Assembly: GCA_038248345.1 (NCBI GenBank) | Contig: JBBRXO010000001.1 | Location: forward strand, 1-64,000 | Length of the DNA: 64,000 bases | Direction: 5' to 3' | Source: Armatimonadota bacterium | GTDB lineage: Bacteria > Armatimonadota > Hebobacteria > CAIYQO01 | Shown here: in pieces, positions 21,328-32,086 of the stretch | How the letters are laid out: every line of letters starts with the position of its first letter | How positions within the stretch are numbered: position 1 is the first letter of the stretch | The notes under the pieces: model-generated | What the model was told of the DNA's origin: nothing | Databases searched by the model: none | The model's input: the letters and a program-made list of their open reading frames with translations, nothing else | Program-made: the position numbers and the translations under genes

Positions 21328-24300
21328 GTGGTAGACACTTCTAATTTCGATCAAATTAGAATCGGCCTGGCCTCTCCCGAAGTGATACGCAAATGGTCAC
21401 GCGGGGAGGTCAAAAAGCCCGAAACGATAAATTATCGAACCTTCAAGCCGGAGCCGGACGGTCTTTTCTGCGAAAAGATTTTCGGGCCTACGCGTGACTG
21501 GGAATGCCATTGCGGCAAGTACCGCAAAATCAAATATCGCGGCATCACCTGTGACCGCTGCGGAGTGGAAGTAACCCGTTCCAAGGTACGACGTGAGCGT
21601 ATGGGGCATATCGAACTGGCCGCCCCGGTTGCGCACATCTGGTATCTGAAGAATGTCCCCTCCCCTATTTCGCTCTTGCTCGATCTGACACCGCGGCCAT
21701 TGGAGAAGGTGCTCTACTTCGCCTCCTATATTATCACGAAGGTGGAAAGCGAACTCCTGGCAGCACATGCGGAAGAAATTCGTTATTCCGTAGATGCACG
21801 TAAAGCGGAGCTCGATCAGCAATACCAGGAAACAGCGACGATGGTCGAAGACGATCACCGCCGTGAAGTGGAAGCTAATCCCGAGATGGCGCCAGGCGAC
21901 CGCAATCGCTTGAACGCTACGCGAGATGAAAGATTGAATTACGAGCGCAAAATTGTCGAGGAGCGCAAACAGGACCTGGACAATGCCCTGCGCTTGCTGC
22001 TCGGTGTCACCCTTGATGCCCAGCCAGGCCTCATCCACAAGCAGTTGCTCACCGAGCCGGAACACCGCTCGTTGAATAACCTCGCCGAGGAGATTGAAAT
22101 CTTCCATTGCCTGCATGAAGGCGAGCCCAACGAATATGCTACGGAAGTGGACCCCGATGATGTCGGCCAGACCAGTGGCATCCGCATCCTGCTCCACAAT
22201 AATCCGAATAAAACGCTTCTCCGCTCACAGACCGGGGCAGATGCTATCAAGACACTGCTAAAGCAGATTGATATGGAAGCAGAAGGCCGCCGCCTGCGCA
22301 ACTATATCCGCGAAACCAGCGGCCCCAAGCAGGTGCGCGCCGTCAAGCAATTGGAAGTCGTTGAAGCATTCCATAAATCGAAAAATCGCCCGGAATGGAT
22401 GGTCATGGATGCTGTGCCGGTTATCCCGCCTGAATTGCGCCCAATGGTGCAACTAGATGGTGGGCGTTTCGCCACGTCTGACCTTAATGACCTGTACCGC
22501 CGTATCATCAACCGCAACAACCGCCTGAAAAAAATCAAAGACCTGCACGCTCCGGAATCGATCATCAACCATGAGAAGCGCCTGCTGCAGGAAGCTGTTG
22601 ACGCTTTGATCGACAATGGACGCCGCAGTCGCCCAGTAACCGGTTCTAATAATCGTCCTCTCAAGTCGCTTTCCGACATGCTCAAGGGCAAGGATGGCCG
22701 CTTCCGTAAGAACCTGCTCGGTAAGCGCGTTGACTATTCCGGTCGATCTGTAATCGTCGTCGGGCCGCACCTTAAATGTCATCAGTGCGGATTACCGAAA
22801 GAGATGGCGCTGGAGCTCTTCAAACCATTCGTAATGAAACGACTGGTACAGAAGGGCCAGACCAATAACGTCAAAACTGCGAAGAAGATGGTCGAGCGCG
22901 TACGCCCCGAAGTATGGGATGCGTTGGAAGAGGTGATTCAGGATCATCCCGTCATGCTCAACCGCGCCCCCACCCTTCACCGTCTGGGTATCCAGGCCTT
23001 CGAGCCAGTGCTGGTTGACGGCAAAGCCATCCAATTGCATCCGCTGGTCTGTACCGCTTTCAACGCGGACTTCGATGGTGACCAGATGGCCGTCCACGTA
23101 CCGCTGTCCACCACGGCACAGGCAGAAGCCCGCGTGCTGATGATGTCGAGCGAGAACCTGTTCTCGGCGGCAAACGGCAAGCCAGTTATGACTCCGACGC
23201 GTGACATGGTGCTGGGTGCCTATTACCTGACGCAGACCTCCCATAAAGGAGTGAAGGGTTCCGGTAAGACATTCCCCAGTGCACAGGAAGCGATACTGGC
23301 CTTCGATGCCGGTATGGTAGACATGCATGCGGAAGTCAATGTACGTATGAATGGCGCCATCACCAATACCTCTATCGGGCGAATCATCTTCAATCAGATT
23401 CTGCCGCCGAAATTACAATTCATGGATCGCCCAGTAGACAGCGGCGAAATGGGCAATATCATCCGCCTCTGTCATGATGCCTACGGGCATGACGAGACAG
23501 TAATATTGCTGGATGCGCTGAAAGAAATCGGCTTTAAATACTCCACGATATCCGGTATTTCCATCGCAATGACGGACATGGATGTACCTACTAACGACCG
23601 AGAACGCATCATTGCTAAAACGGAAAAGGATGTCAACGAGACCAATGCCCATTACGAAGAAGGTTCAATCTCCGAGGGTGAACGCTCACAAAGCGTTTGC
23701 GACCTGTGGACACGCGCGGCCAATGATGTAGCTGACGCGTTGCTGGGTAACCTAAGCCTTTTCAACCCACTGCTCATCATGTCAAACTCCGGCGCGCGCG
23801 GTTCCAAGCGCCAGCTATCACAGTTGGCTGGTATGCGCGGTCTTATGACAGACCCGTTCGGACGTTTTATTGAAGACTTGCCGATTAAATCGAACTTCCA
23901 TGAAGGCCTGAACGTACTGGAATATTTCGTATCCACGCACGGAGCGCGCAAAGGTCTGGCGGACACCGCATTACGAACTGCAGACGCCGGTTACCTCACC
24001 CGCCGAATGGTAGACGTAGCACAGGATGTGATCGTTCGCGATAATGACTGCGGTACCCTGGCGGGTATCGAAGTGGGCGCAATTCGCGACCGTAATGAAG
24101 AGATCGAACCCTGCGACCGTCGTATTGATGGGCGTAACGCCGCTGCGGATATCTATGATCCCTTCACCGGCAAGCTCATCGTATATCGCAATCACCAGAT
24201 CAGTCAGTTCTCGTTGCCCGCCTGCCCGAAAGAAGGCGGCATCTTACACCGCGCCTGGCATTGTCCGGCGTGCGACCTGCTGATCACCGAAGAGAAGTAT

Positions 24301-26391
24301 CAGAAGTCATTGCATCATTTGGCACATGCCGAATTGGTGGTGACGCTGTCTACCCAATTGCAGGAAAAAGAAGAGGAACTAAATGACGAAGCGGTGCGCT
24401 TGAATAAAGCCTTCGATGCCTTGCCAGATGGTGACAGCATTGCTATGCCGCCGATGGATAAGTTAGCGAATGAGATCGTCGAAATTGTGGAGACAGTAGG
24501 CGAAATTGAAGCTTTAGAAAATGAAGAGCGAAATACCAGCGATCTGCCAGTACTCCCAGTAACGGAAGAACAGGAAGCCGCAGATGAAGAGGCGCTTGAA
24601 ATTGAAGAAGCAATCACCAATCTTTCCTGTCCGCATTGCGGCACCACGCTCGTTGAAATTGCTATCTGCGATGATTGCGGCACCCGTTTCACCCGCAATG
24701 ACCTGGAGTCACCGCTAGCACATATCCGCCGTATTGTTGTTGAAATCGATAAGATTCAGAATCAAGCACGGCTGGTGAGAGCTGACAAGGTGGTTCTAGA
24801 AACGTTGAATAACCCCTTCACAAATAAAATGATTGTTCATGAAGGGGCCATGGCAACTCCAGAGCAAAAAGCCGAAGTCTCTGAACTGACACATAAATTG
24901 CGCGCCATGGGTGGCCTTGCTTCCGGCAAGGTTCCTATCCGTTCGCCATTAACCTGCGAACTACGCCTGGGTATTTGCGCCAAATGCTACGGACGTGACC
25001 TGGCCACCAGTCGCGAGGTAGAAGTAGGCGAAGCGGTGGGCATCATCGCAGCGCAGTCCATCGGTGAACCAGGCACTCAGTTGACGATGCGTACTTTCCA
25101 TACCGGTGGTGTGGCGGGGCAATACCTGACCGGCGTCGCCAACGTAAAGGATCAGCGCATCAAAACGCTGCAGCAGATCATCGACGACGTGAACCGAGGT
25201 CGTGTTACCCTAAGCACGGAAATAAGCGAACGCGAAAAATCCAAACAGATCCAGAAGATGGTGAAGGTGATGGAACAGCAGGTCTCCGGCCTGTTGCGCG
25301 TGGTAGAGCTGTTTGAAGCCCGAAAGCCGAAGGGACAGGCGATTATCTCCGATGTTGATGGAATTATCGCTAATATCGACCAAATCGGCGGTGGCCGTAC
25401 CGTAACCATTCATACCGAATATCCAATTCAACCGGAAGAGATGATCATCGGGAAGATTCTGGGTCAGGCAGTGAAGAACCCGCAGAATGATGAAATTATA
25501 ATTGAGGCGGGCAAAGAGCTGACTCCCGGCGTCGTAGCAAAATTACGCCAGGCTGGCGTGGGCGGCGTCGTTACCGAAGATCGCTATATGGTTCCTTATC
25601 GTGGTGCCTTGCAGATTGAAAAAGGCGATGCCATCAAGGCAGGTAATCCGCTAACGGAAGGCCCGTTGGATCCACAGGAGCTGTTGCGCATGCGCGGTCC
25701 GCGTGAAGTGCAGGAGTACCTGGTGAAGGAAATTCAGCGCGTTTACCGCAGCCAGGGTGTTGATATCAGTGACAAACACGTCGAGACCATCGTACGCCAA
25801 ATGCTGCGTCGTCGCAAAGTAACCGACCCGGGCGACACGGAATTCCTCCCCGGTCAGGTTGTGGATCGCTTCCGCTTTGACGATGAGAATCACCGCATTC
25901 GCGAAGCTGGCGGTATCGAAGCACAGGCAAACTGGGTACTCCTCGGTATCACTGAGGCTTCACTGGCTACCGATTCGTTCTTATCAGCGGCTTCCTTCCA
26001 GAAGACTACACGAGTTCTCACCGAGGCTGCAATCCGCGGCAAGGTCGACCGTCTCGTCGGTCTGAAAGAGAACGTCATTATTGGTCGGCTCATCCCGGCA
26101 GGTACTGGCATGGAGCGCTACCGCGCCGTACGCGTCCTTTCGCCTAATGGCGAAATTAAACTGGTAGAGCCGGAACCAGCGAGCCAGGAACAGGACTTCG
26201 TCGAACGCCTGCTGGAAGGCGCAGACCTTGATCTGCGTGCCGGAGATATCGAAGAGCTTTCCAATGGCGTCGTTATCGAGGATCCTGTCGAGAATGACGA
26301 TGAAGTGTCTACAGAAGACTATTTGAACATCAATCTGGGTGAGTTCAACACGGATGACGAACCCCACCCTTCTGATGAAGCAGAAATCTAA
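21328..26391 (+). CDS. rpoC: DNA-directed RNA polymerase beta' subunit
   Basis: N-terminal zinc finger, catalytic NADFDGD and trigger loop [15 protein letters not shown] start after a GAGGTG RBS. Confidence 0.99.
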   Translation: MVDTSNFDQIRIGLASPEVIRKWSRGEVKKPETINYRTFKPEPDGLFCEKIFGPTRDWECHCGKYRKIKYRGITCDRCGVEVTRSKVRRERMGHIELAAPVAHIWYLKNVPSPISLLLDLTPRPLEKVLYFASYIITKVESELLAAHAEEIRYSVDARKAELDQQYQETATMVEDDHRREVEANPEMAPGDRNRLNATRDERLNYERKIVEERKQDLDNALRLLLGVTLDAQPGLIHKQLLTEPEHRSLNNLAEEIEIFHCLHEGEPNEYATEVDPDDVGQTSGIRILLHNNPNKTLLRSQTGADAIKTLLKQIDMEAEGRRLRNYIRETSGPKQVRAVKQLEVVEAFHKSKNRPEWMVMDAVPVIPPELRPMVQLDGGRFATSDLNDLYRRIINRNNRLKKIKDLHAPESIINHEKRLLQEAVDALIDNGRRSRPVTGSNNRPLKSLSDMLKGKDGRFRKNLLGKRVDYSGRSVIVVGPHLKCHQCGLPKEMALELFKPFVMKRLVQKGQTNNVKTAKKMVERVRPEVWDALEEVIQDHPVMLNRAPTLHRLGIQAFEPVLVDGKAIQLHPLVCTAFNADFDGDQMAVHVPLSTTAQAEARVLMMSSENLFSAANGKPVMTPTRDMVLGAYYLTQTSHKGVKGSGKTFPSAQEAILAFDAGMVDMHAEVNVRMNGAITNTSIGRIIFNQILPPKLQFMDRPVDSGEMGNIIRLCHDAYGHDETVILLDALKEIGFKYSTISGISIAMTDMDVPTNDRERIIAKTEKDVNETNAHYEEGSISEGERSQSVCDLWTRAANDVADALLGNLSLFNPLLIMSNSGARGSKRQLSQLAGMRGLMTDPFGRFIEDLPIKSNFHEGLNVLEYFVSTHGARKGLADTALRTADAGYLTRRMVDVAQDVIVRDNDCGTLAGIEVGAIRDRNEEIEPCDRRIDGRNAAADIYDPFTGKLIVYRNHQISQFSLPACPKEGGILHRAWHCPACDLLITEEKYQKSLHHLAHAELVVTLSTQLQEKEEELNDEAVRLNKAFDALPDGDSIAMPPMDKLANEIVEIVETVGEIEALENEERNTSDLPVLPVTEEQEAADEEALEIEEAITNLSCPHCGTTLVEIAICDDCGTRFTRNDLESPLAHIRRIVVEIDKIQNQARLVRADKVVLETLNNPFTNKMIVHEGAMATPEQKAEVSELTHKLRAMGGLASGKVPIRSPLTCELRLGICAKCYGRDLATSREVEVGEAVGIIAAQSIGEPGTQLTMRTFHTGGVAGQYLTGVANVKDQRIKTLQQIIDDVNRGRVTLSTEISEREKSKQIQKMVKVMEQQVSGLLRVVELFEARKPKGQAIISDVDGIIANIDQIGGGRTVTIHTEYPIQPEEMIIGKILGQAVKNPQNDEIIIEAGKELTPGVVAKLRQAGVGGVVTEDRYMVPYRGALQIEKGDAIKAGNPLTEGPLDPQELLRMRGPREVQEYLVKEIQRVYRSQGVDISDKHVETIVRQMLRRRKVTDPGDTEFLPGQVVDRFRFDDENHRIREAGGIEAQANWVLLGITEASLATDSFLSAASFQKTTRVLTEAAIRGKVDRLVGLKENVIIGRLIPAGTGMERYRAVRVLSPNGEIKLVEPEPASQEQDFVERLLEGADLDLRAGDIEELSNGVVIEDPVENDDEVSTEDYLNINLGEFNTDDEPHPSDEAEI

Positions 26392-26408
26392 ACTGTAGCT
26401 GTCAACAT

Positions 26409-26443
26409 AAAAACCCCCGGATATCTCTATCCGGGGGTTTTTT
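26409..26443 (+). terminator. rpoC intrinsic terminator
   Basis: AAAACCCCCGGA/TCCGGGGGTTTT stem followed by a T-run. Confidence 0.85.
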
Positions 26444-26467
26444 GCATGGTATTGTAAACGAAAATAG

Positions 26468-26496
26468 TTGACAATACCCACCCTATAAGGTATGGT
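26468..26496 (+). promoter_or_regulatory. Sigma70-type promoter of the aldo/keto reductase gene
   Basis: TTGACA-17 bp-TATGGT. Confidence 0.55.
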
Positions 26497-26545
26497 GAAA
26501 ACATCCCAACTCAATAGGGATATTTTAATAACAGGTGGTTGAAAA

Positions 26546-27664
26546 ATGCTCTACAAACAATACGGAAAATTAGATTTACGTGTCTCTGCAGTCGGCTTCG
26601 GCGGGATGCGTTTCGATACTACACTCCCTACGGCAGCCAATGCTGATCTCGTTCGTTATGCCTGCAGCATGGGTATTAACTATTTCGATACCGCTCCCGG
26701 GTATTGCGGCGATCAAAGCGAAAAAATCTTCGGCGAAGCCTTTCAGGACATGCCCGGCGAATACTTGGTTTCCACCAAAGGCATGCCTGTGCATTTTGAC
26801 ACCGCCGACAAAGCCTATGATGCAGTGCGCAAATCGCTGGATACCATGGGCATACCCAAAATTAATTTCTACCATGTGTGGTGTCTACGTAAGATGGAGC
26901 ATTATGAGCTGGCCATGCAGCCCGGCGGCCAGTACGATGGGCTGTTGCGCTGCAAAGAAGAGGGTCTGATCGATCATATTGTCTGCTCATCGCATCAGCC
27001 AGGGTATGAGATCCGCAAAATTGTAGAAGACGGAAAGTTCGATGGGGTTTTGCTAGGCATGAATATCCTCAATTTCCCCTACCGCTGGGACGGGGTAACA
27101 GCCGCCTACGAACATGGAATGGGAGTCGTTGCGATGAATCCTTTGAGCGGCGGAATGATCCCCCAGAACGAAGAATTATTCTCCTTCCTGGCGCAAGAAG
27201 GCGAGACCCCCACAGAGGCGGCATTGCGCTTCGTTATCTCCTGCCCGCAGATTACCGTCGCGCTTAATGGGTTCACAACTCGGGAGCATGTCGATCAAGC
27301 CTGCCGGGTGGCCGATCGCTGCACACCCTTCACCGAAGAAGACCTGACGCGCATCAAGTCACACCTCTCACAGAATCTGAACGCTGTTTGTACCGCCTGT
27401 GGCTATTGCGATAATTGCCCGCAAGGCATAAATATCCCCGCTTACATGCAAGTGTATAACCAGAAGCAGATGTTCGGCGCCACCGATGAGCAAATGATCG
27501 GAAAAATCAAAGGTGAGCGCGAGTGGAATACGCTCGTAGGTGTTACCGAGGAAACCTCGGCCAGTAACTGCATTGAATGTGGCCAATGCGAGCAGGATTG
27601 CCCTCAACATCTTAACATCATCGAACGACTGAAAGAATGTGCGGCTTGGGAAGCTGCTAGGTAA
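26546..27664 (+). CDS. Aldo/keto reductase with a C-terminal Fe-S ferredoxin-like domain
   Basis: GFGGMR, GINYFDTA..Y, STK and MNPL.GG motifs. CTACGYC..CP and CIECGQCE..CP clusters. Confidence 0.9.
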   Translation: MLYKQYGKLDLRVSAVGFGGMRFDTTLPTAANADLVRYACSMGINYFDTAPGYCGDQSEKIFGEAFQDMPGEYLVSTKGMPVHFDTADKAYDAVRKSLDTMGIPKINFYHVWCLRKMEHYELAMQPGGQYDGLLRCKEEGLIDHIVCSSHQPGYEIRKIVEDGKFDGVLLGMNILNFPYRWDGVTAAYEHGMGVVAMNPLSGGMIPQNEELFSFLAQEGETPTEAALRFVISCPQITVALNGFTTREHVDQACRVADRCTPFTEEDLTRIKSHLSQNLNAVCTACGYCDNCPQGINIPAYMQVYNQKQMFGATDEQMIGKIKGEREWNTLVGVTEETSASNCIECGQCEQDCPQHLNIIERLKECAAWEAAR

Positions 27665-27682
27665 TTCTATTGGTCGCATGCG

Positions 27683-28864
27683 TCATTTGTTTCGTTTATA
27701 TCGGGAAGCCAGGATGGCAACTACATTTACAACACGACGAATAGGTTTCAAAATTGGGTAGAGCCAGCGTAGATATCGGGGGAGCTTAATCCACGCATAA
27801 TCGTTGATAGTAGGGGTGAAGGTGCTCCCTATGATACTAAGTATCTGCCGATAACGGTTTTTTTCAGCGACCTTCATACAGAAAATAACTCGAGAGAGAA
27901 GATCTGGAGCGATGGTGTCGCTTTTCGCAATGAATGCGATCACATATTTTATGACCCAGCGTGCTCTGCCATCGCGGCGTAACCTGCTCAATATCTCATC
28001 TGGTAGCTCTATCCCCAACAACTGCTGAGATAGTCCTAGCCCCACTAGCATGGGATAGGTCAGCCCCTGTCTAAAGATGAGATCCGTCAGCTGTTGCGAT
28101 CCCTGCAAATCCATTTTACGGTAAACTTGCGCAAAGTCTGCTAACCATCGATATAATCTCCACAGATGATATGTACCATGGTGCGCAGTGAACAATAGCG
28201 TATCGGCCATCCCCAGCGTCATGATAGGTTGGCCATTTACCAGTACCTTTTGCGACCGCGCCAGCATCTCCGAAACAACAAGTGCATCGGGGAATTCTTG
28301 CATCGTAGCTGACCAATGCAACTCGATATGGCTGGCACCGAAATCAAAGGCTGAATGCCATGTATTCTCATCATCAACTACAATTTCATTGTTCGAGGTG
28401 ATCACTGCTCCCATGCTCAGCATTATCGTTTTTGCCTTGGTAAAATCGCTTTTTTGTACCAATATATCAATATCGACAAAGCGGCGCAGTGCCGGTTTAC
28501 CGTAGATAATCACCGCCAGTGTCGGGCCCTTCAGGCTTAACACAGCTATCCCTTCAGCTTCCAATGCTCGGGTGATTTTAATCAGATCACAGGTCATCCG
28601 GAAGACGCGGAATTCATTCGCCTGTTGGCTAGCCGCCAGCGCCTGCAATACTTCCGCCGGAACTATATCTGCAGCCACCTCGATCAATCGTTTATTTACC
28701 ATCGGGAAGACGCCATGGTGAATAGCCAGTGTCTGCACTATATCCCAGTCTACTGGCCGAGAGGCTGTCTCTCGGATAGCGGCATCACTCCCCTCGTCAA
28801 CACGCAGAGTGGCCTGGATAACCTGCAACTCGGAACTACCTATCATCTTAACCTGGTTAGGCAC
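27683..28864 (-). CDS. Nucleotidyltransferase (NTP_transf_5-like), lasso cluster tailoring enzyme
   Basis: LKG..LA...Y.....R...DIDILV and IELHW motifs. GTG start after AGGAGG, overlapping the ABC gene stop. Confidence 0.82.
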   Translation of the reverse strand: MPNQVKMIGSSELQVIQATLRVDEGSDAAIRETASRPVDWDIVQTLAIHHGVFPMVNKRLIEVAADIVPAEVLQALAASQQANEFRVFRMTCDLIKITRALEAEGIAVLSLKGPTLAVIIYGKPALRRFVDIDILVQKSDFTKAKTIMLSMGAVITSNNEIVVDDENTWHSAFDFGASHIELHWSATMQEFPDALVVSEMLARSQKVLVNGQPIMTLGMADTLLFTAHHGTYHLWRLYRWLADFAQVYRKMDLQGSQQLTDLIFRQGLTYPMLVGLGLSQQLLGIELPDEILSRLRRDGRARWVIKYVIAFIAKSDTIAPDLLSRVIFCMKVAEKNRYRQILSIIGSTFTPTINDYAWIKLPRYLRWLYPILKPIRRVVNVVAILASRYKRNK

Positions 28865-30716
28865 AGATATTTTCCTCCTGCTTTTCCTGATAATGTTTAG
28901 CCTGGGTGGCGTACAGATGTGCGTAAGTGCCCGCAAGCTGCAACAGCTCCTGATGGGTGCCGCGCTCGATGATGCAGCCCTGCTCCATCACATAGATATA
29001 ATCGGCCATCTGCACGGTAGAAAAACGATGGCTGATGAGCACTGCGCTCTTACCCTTGATAAGCGTGCGGAAACGTGTGAATAGTTCCGATTCTGCCAGC
29101 GGATCCAATGCGCTACTTGGTTCATCAAGGACAATGATATCTGATTGGCGCATGAAGGCGCGGGCGATGGCGAGCTTCTGCCATTCGCCGCCGCTTAGCT
29201 CCTCACCACCACTGAACATTTTCCCAAGCATGGTGTCGTAACCGTTGGGCAGGCGGTTGATCTTCCCGTCGATGCCCGCCGCTTCGGCCGCCACACGTAC
29301 TTCTTCCTGCGAAACATCACGTGACATGTCTCCCATACGGATATTATCAAAAACACTCGCCAGGCAACGCAGGTAATCCTGAAATACTACGCTCAGTTTT
29401 CTCCGCCATTCCTCCGGTGAAATATGGCGTATATCTATGCCCTCAATGGTTATCATACCCGAGGTTGGGTCATATAAGCGGCAGAGTAGTTTGATAAGTG
29501 TCGTCTTGCCAGATCCATTTGCCCCCACGAGAGCAATTACTTGACCGGGGAGTAACTCCATATCAATGTCGGTGAGGATTGGACTTTCACTCCCGGGATA
29601 ATTAAAAGATACCCCCTCAAAATGCACTCCTACTTTCGACGCTGTTGGAAACTCCACTACCGGTGGCACGGCAACAATCGCTGGCTGGAAATTTAAGAAC
29701 TGGTAGATATGCTCGAGGAATAAGCTATGCTCGTACAAGCTGGTAACACTGCTTAACAATCCTTGCAGGTTGCTGAATCCAGACTGGAATGCCTGGTAGT
29801 ACATCACCATGGCTCCCACGGTAATTACTTTATTTATAGTGGAGACGCCGATGAAACCCAACGCGGCGAAGATAGAGGCGGTGGCCACCCCCTGGGCGAA
29901 GAAATCCATTAGAGCACGATTGCGGAATATTTTCAGCCGTTCGTAACGTATCTTTTGCCGTAACCGGAGATACAGATCAGCAAATAATGGCCCTAATTGA
30001 AAGAGTCGAACTTCCTTGGCCGGGTAGGCATCCGTCAACATTAAATTATAATAGTAACAGCGCCGCTCGTCCTCAGTCTGTGCTTTCAGCAACCGGTGCA
30101 ACTTGCGCCCATAAAATAATCCGATCAACGCACCAGGGGCGGCGATGAGCATCACCGCCAGTGTCAACAACCAGTTATAGGCAAGTAATAAACCGAAGAT
30201 ACCCAGCACGGCGATACTATTCTGCACAATATGAATGATTGTAGAGTATACAGCTTGCGGACGAGATAATGCATCCTGCTGTGCCCGGCTCATCAGGTTA
30301 AAATCCTGCGGATTTTCGTAGAACTCCAGATCAACTGCAATTGATTTTGCATGGATGAGACTGGCGAATTTCTCCAACACCAGTTGCGATTGCGCCTCAT
30401 TTACCAACGAGGAAGCTGAACGGCAGAGGACGATTAATACGGCCACCCCGCCTGCCATCCCCACCCAAAAGATCAACTTCTGCGCAGCCATAGCCGGCGA
30501 TACACCCGATACTATGCTAAAGGTGGCGCTGTCGATAATCATCTTCATCAAAAACAGCGCCAATAATGGGAGCAGCCCTAGCATCACTACCAGCACTATA
30601 TTGAGGATATTCCACTGTGGAGCCGCACTCCACACCATGCGCAACGCATAGATGATATCACGAAGGAGAGCACGAAATGACTTATTGCTGGCTGGGCCTT
30701 TGGCATCAATTTTCAT
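28857..30716 (-). CDS. ABC transporter permease/ATP-binding protein (lasso exporter D)
   Basis: TM domain plus GANGSGKT, LSGGEWQK and LDEP motifs. No peptidase domain. Confidence 0.92.
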   Translation of the reverse strand: MKIDAKGPASNKSFRALLRDIIYALRMVWSAAPQWNILNIVLVVMLGLLPLLALFLMKMIIDSATFSIVSGVSPAMAAQKLIFWVGMAGGVAVLIVLCRSASSLVNEAQSQLVLEKFASLIHAKSIAVDLEFYENPQDFNLMSRAQQDALSRPQAVYSTIIHIVQNSIAVLGIFGLLLAYNWLLTLAVMLIAAPGALIGLFYGRKLHRLLKAQTEDERRCYYYNLMLTDAYPAKEVRLFQLGPLFADLYLRLRQKIRYERLKIFRNRALMDFFAQGVATASIFAALGFIGVSTINKVITVGAMVMYYQAFQSGFSNLQGLLSSVTSLYEHSLFLEHIYQFLNFQPAIVAVPPVVEFPTASKVGVHFEGVSFNYPGSESPILTDIDMELLPGQVIALVGANGSGKTTLIKLLCRLYDPTSGMITIEGIDIRHISPEEWRRKLSVVFQDYLRCLASVFDNIRMGDMSRDVSQEEVRVAAEAAGIDGKINRLPNGYDTMLGKMFSGGEELSGGEWQKLAIARAFMRQSDIIVLDEPSSALDPLAESELFTRFRTLIKGKSAVLISHRFSTVQMADYIYVMEQGCIIERGTHQELLQLAGTYAHLYATQAKHYQEKQEENICA

Positions 30717-30718
30717 TG

Positions 30719-31609
30719 TTATATCCCGGCCAGATCTTGCTCGACAAGTTCTAATACCTGGGCGATATCTTCTAAAGCGTTGTTTCGCTGTAAAATCCGA
30801 ATAGGAACAGATCGCACAATATTCATCGTCTGCTCAAAATGGAGTTTTGTGTCGATATTATGGAATACACGTATTCCATAAGTGTGGTGAACTAGTTCCA
30901 TCGCCGCCGCGAGCGGGGGTATTGGCTTGATCTCGGCAGCGCTACCCCAATCCAGCACGTATATACAAGCAAGTGGTGCAGGTTCAGCGTATATACGCTC
31001 TGCTACAATGTGGACGCGCTTTTCATTATGCGGAGATACCCGTGGTAATAGCTCGTGATCCTTTCCTAATGATTGCAAGGAATCTGGCCATAATTTAAAT
31101 TCCTGCACACCGGGATATATTAGGTATCCACTGTCATGAGGGTGGCAAACAACCACGTCATCCGTGAGCAGGTGATGCCCGCGTGCATGGAGCGCCGCGC
31201 AAAGTGTCGACTTGCCCCACCCCGATTCACCACTAAAGATAATTGCCCGCCCATTTACTACTACCGAACTAGCGTGCAATACAACCATCCCGCGCTGGTG
31301 CATAGCGGCAGCCAGCACAGCAGTTTTTACAAAGCGTTGTAAGATGTCGGTTCCGATTCCCAACTCGGGCATCACAGTAATGTATTGTCCGCAGGAGATC
31401 TTAAAGCACCCGATACCAACCCACTGCATATATATCGATTCTCCGTCTATACAGTAAAGAATGCCTGATTGTGCACGATTTAACGGAGGAATTGAAAATT
31501 CGCCTGGGCTTATGGTTATATCCGGGGAATTCTTTTGCTCTTTAACCCCCGACAAGGGATATGCAGATTTAATGTAAAAACCATGAATATTATATGTTAA
31601 AAAATCCAC
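30719..31609 (-). CDS. HPr-kinase-like lasso peptide kinase (PadeK-like)
   Basis: LHAS, Walker A GESGWGKST and LLTDD motifs. Directly downstream of the precursor gene. Confidence 0.82.
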   Translation of the reverse strand: MDFLTYNIHGFYIKSAYPLSGVKEQKNSPDITISPGEFSIPPLNRAQSGILYCIDGESIYMQWVGIGCFKISCGQYITVMPELGIGTDILQRFVKTAVLAAAMHQRGMVVLHASSVVVNGRAIIFSGESGWGKSTLCAALHARGHHLLTDDVVVCHPHDSGYLIYPGVQEFKLWPDSLQSLGKDHELLPRVSPHNEKRVHIVAERIYAEPAPLACIYVLDWGSAAEIKPIPPLAAAMELVHHTYGIRVFHNIDTKLHFEQTMNIVRSVPIRILQRNNALEDIAQVLELVEQDLAGI

Positions 31610-31622
31610 TATTAACCTTACG

Positions 31623-31667
31623 CAAAATCACCGGTAGATCTGCGTACAAACCTACCGGTCAATTTTT
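31623..31667 (-). terminator. Stem-loop downstream of the lasso precursor gene
   Basis: ACCGGTAG/CTACCGGT stem extended by flanking A/T runs. Confidence 0.6.
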
Positions 31668-31693
31668 GCCGAAATGCAATTTGCTCTGAATGA

Positions 31694-31879
31694 CTAAGCG
31701 GCTGAAGGATCGCCCCATGCGACAACGCCTTTAGCACCCGGCGGAGGGATCTGCAGTATAGGGGCTGCTTGCCCTATCCAAGTGAAATAGCCATCAAAGC
31801 CACCGCCGGCTACTTTGGCCTGCGTCAATTCCTCGATAGTACCGAAGATGCGCAGTGTCGGTTTTGCGTAAACTTTCAT
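31694..31879 (-). CDS. Lasso peptide precursor (A)
   Basis: Leader has YxxPxL (YAKPTL), G, and Thr at -2 (LTQ|A). The core starts with Ala and has Asp at position 9. AGGGG RBS. Lies between the cyclase and kinase genes. Confidence 0.88.
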   Translation of the reverse strand: MKVYAKPTLRIFGTIEELTQAKVAGGGFDGYFTWIGQAAPILQIPPPGAKGVVAWGDPSAA

Positions 31880-32086
31880 AATCTGATCCCCCTATTTTAA
31901 ACATATCAACATCCATGATTGTAGACTTGCTCCAAGTTCATTTAAGATAGTACCATAGCATTCCAAAACACACAAGCACTTTCTATTGTTTTTTGTCGAA
32001 ACATCAGACATTTTCGTACTTTGTAACGAAAAATTTGGTTTTGGGTCCAATTGCTTATTGTAGATGCAATAGCAGCCTGAGGAGCC

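Noticed and set aside
24202..24930. Intein in rpoC (also considered for the rpoB inserts)
   Set aside because: No terminal His-Asn followed by Cys/Ser/Thr and no LAGLIDADG motifs.
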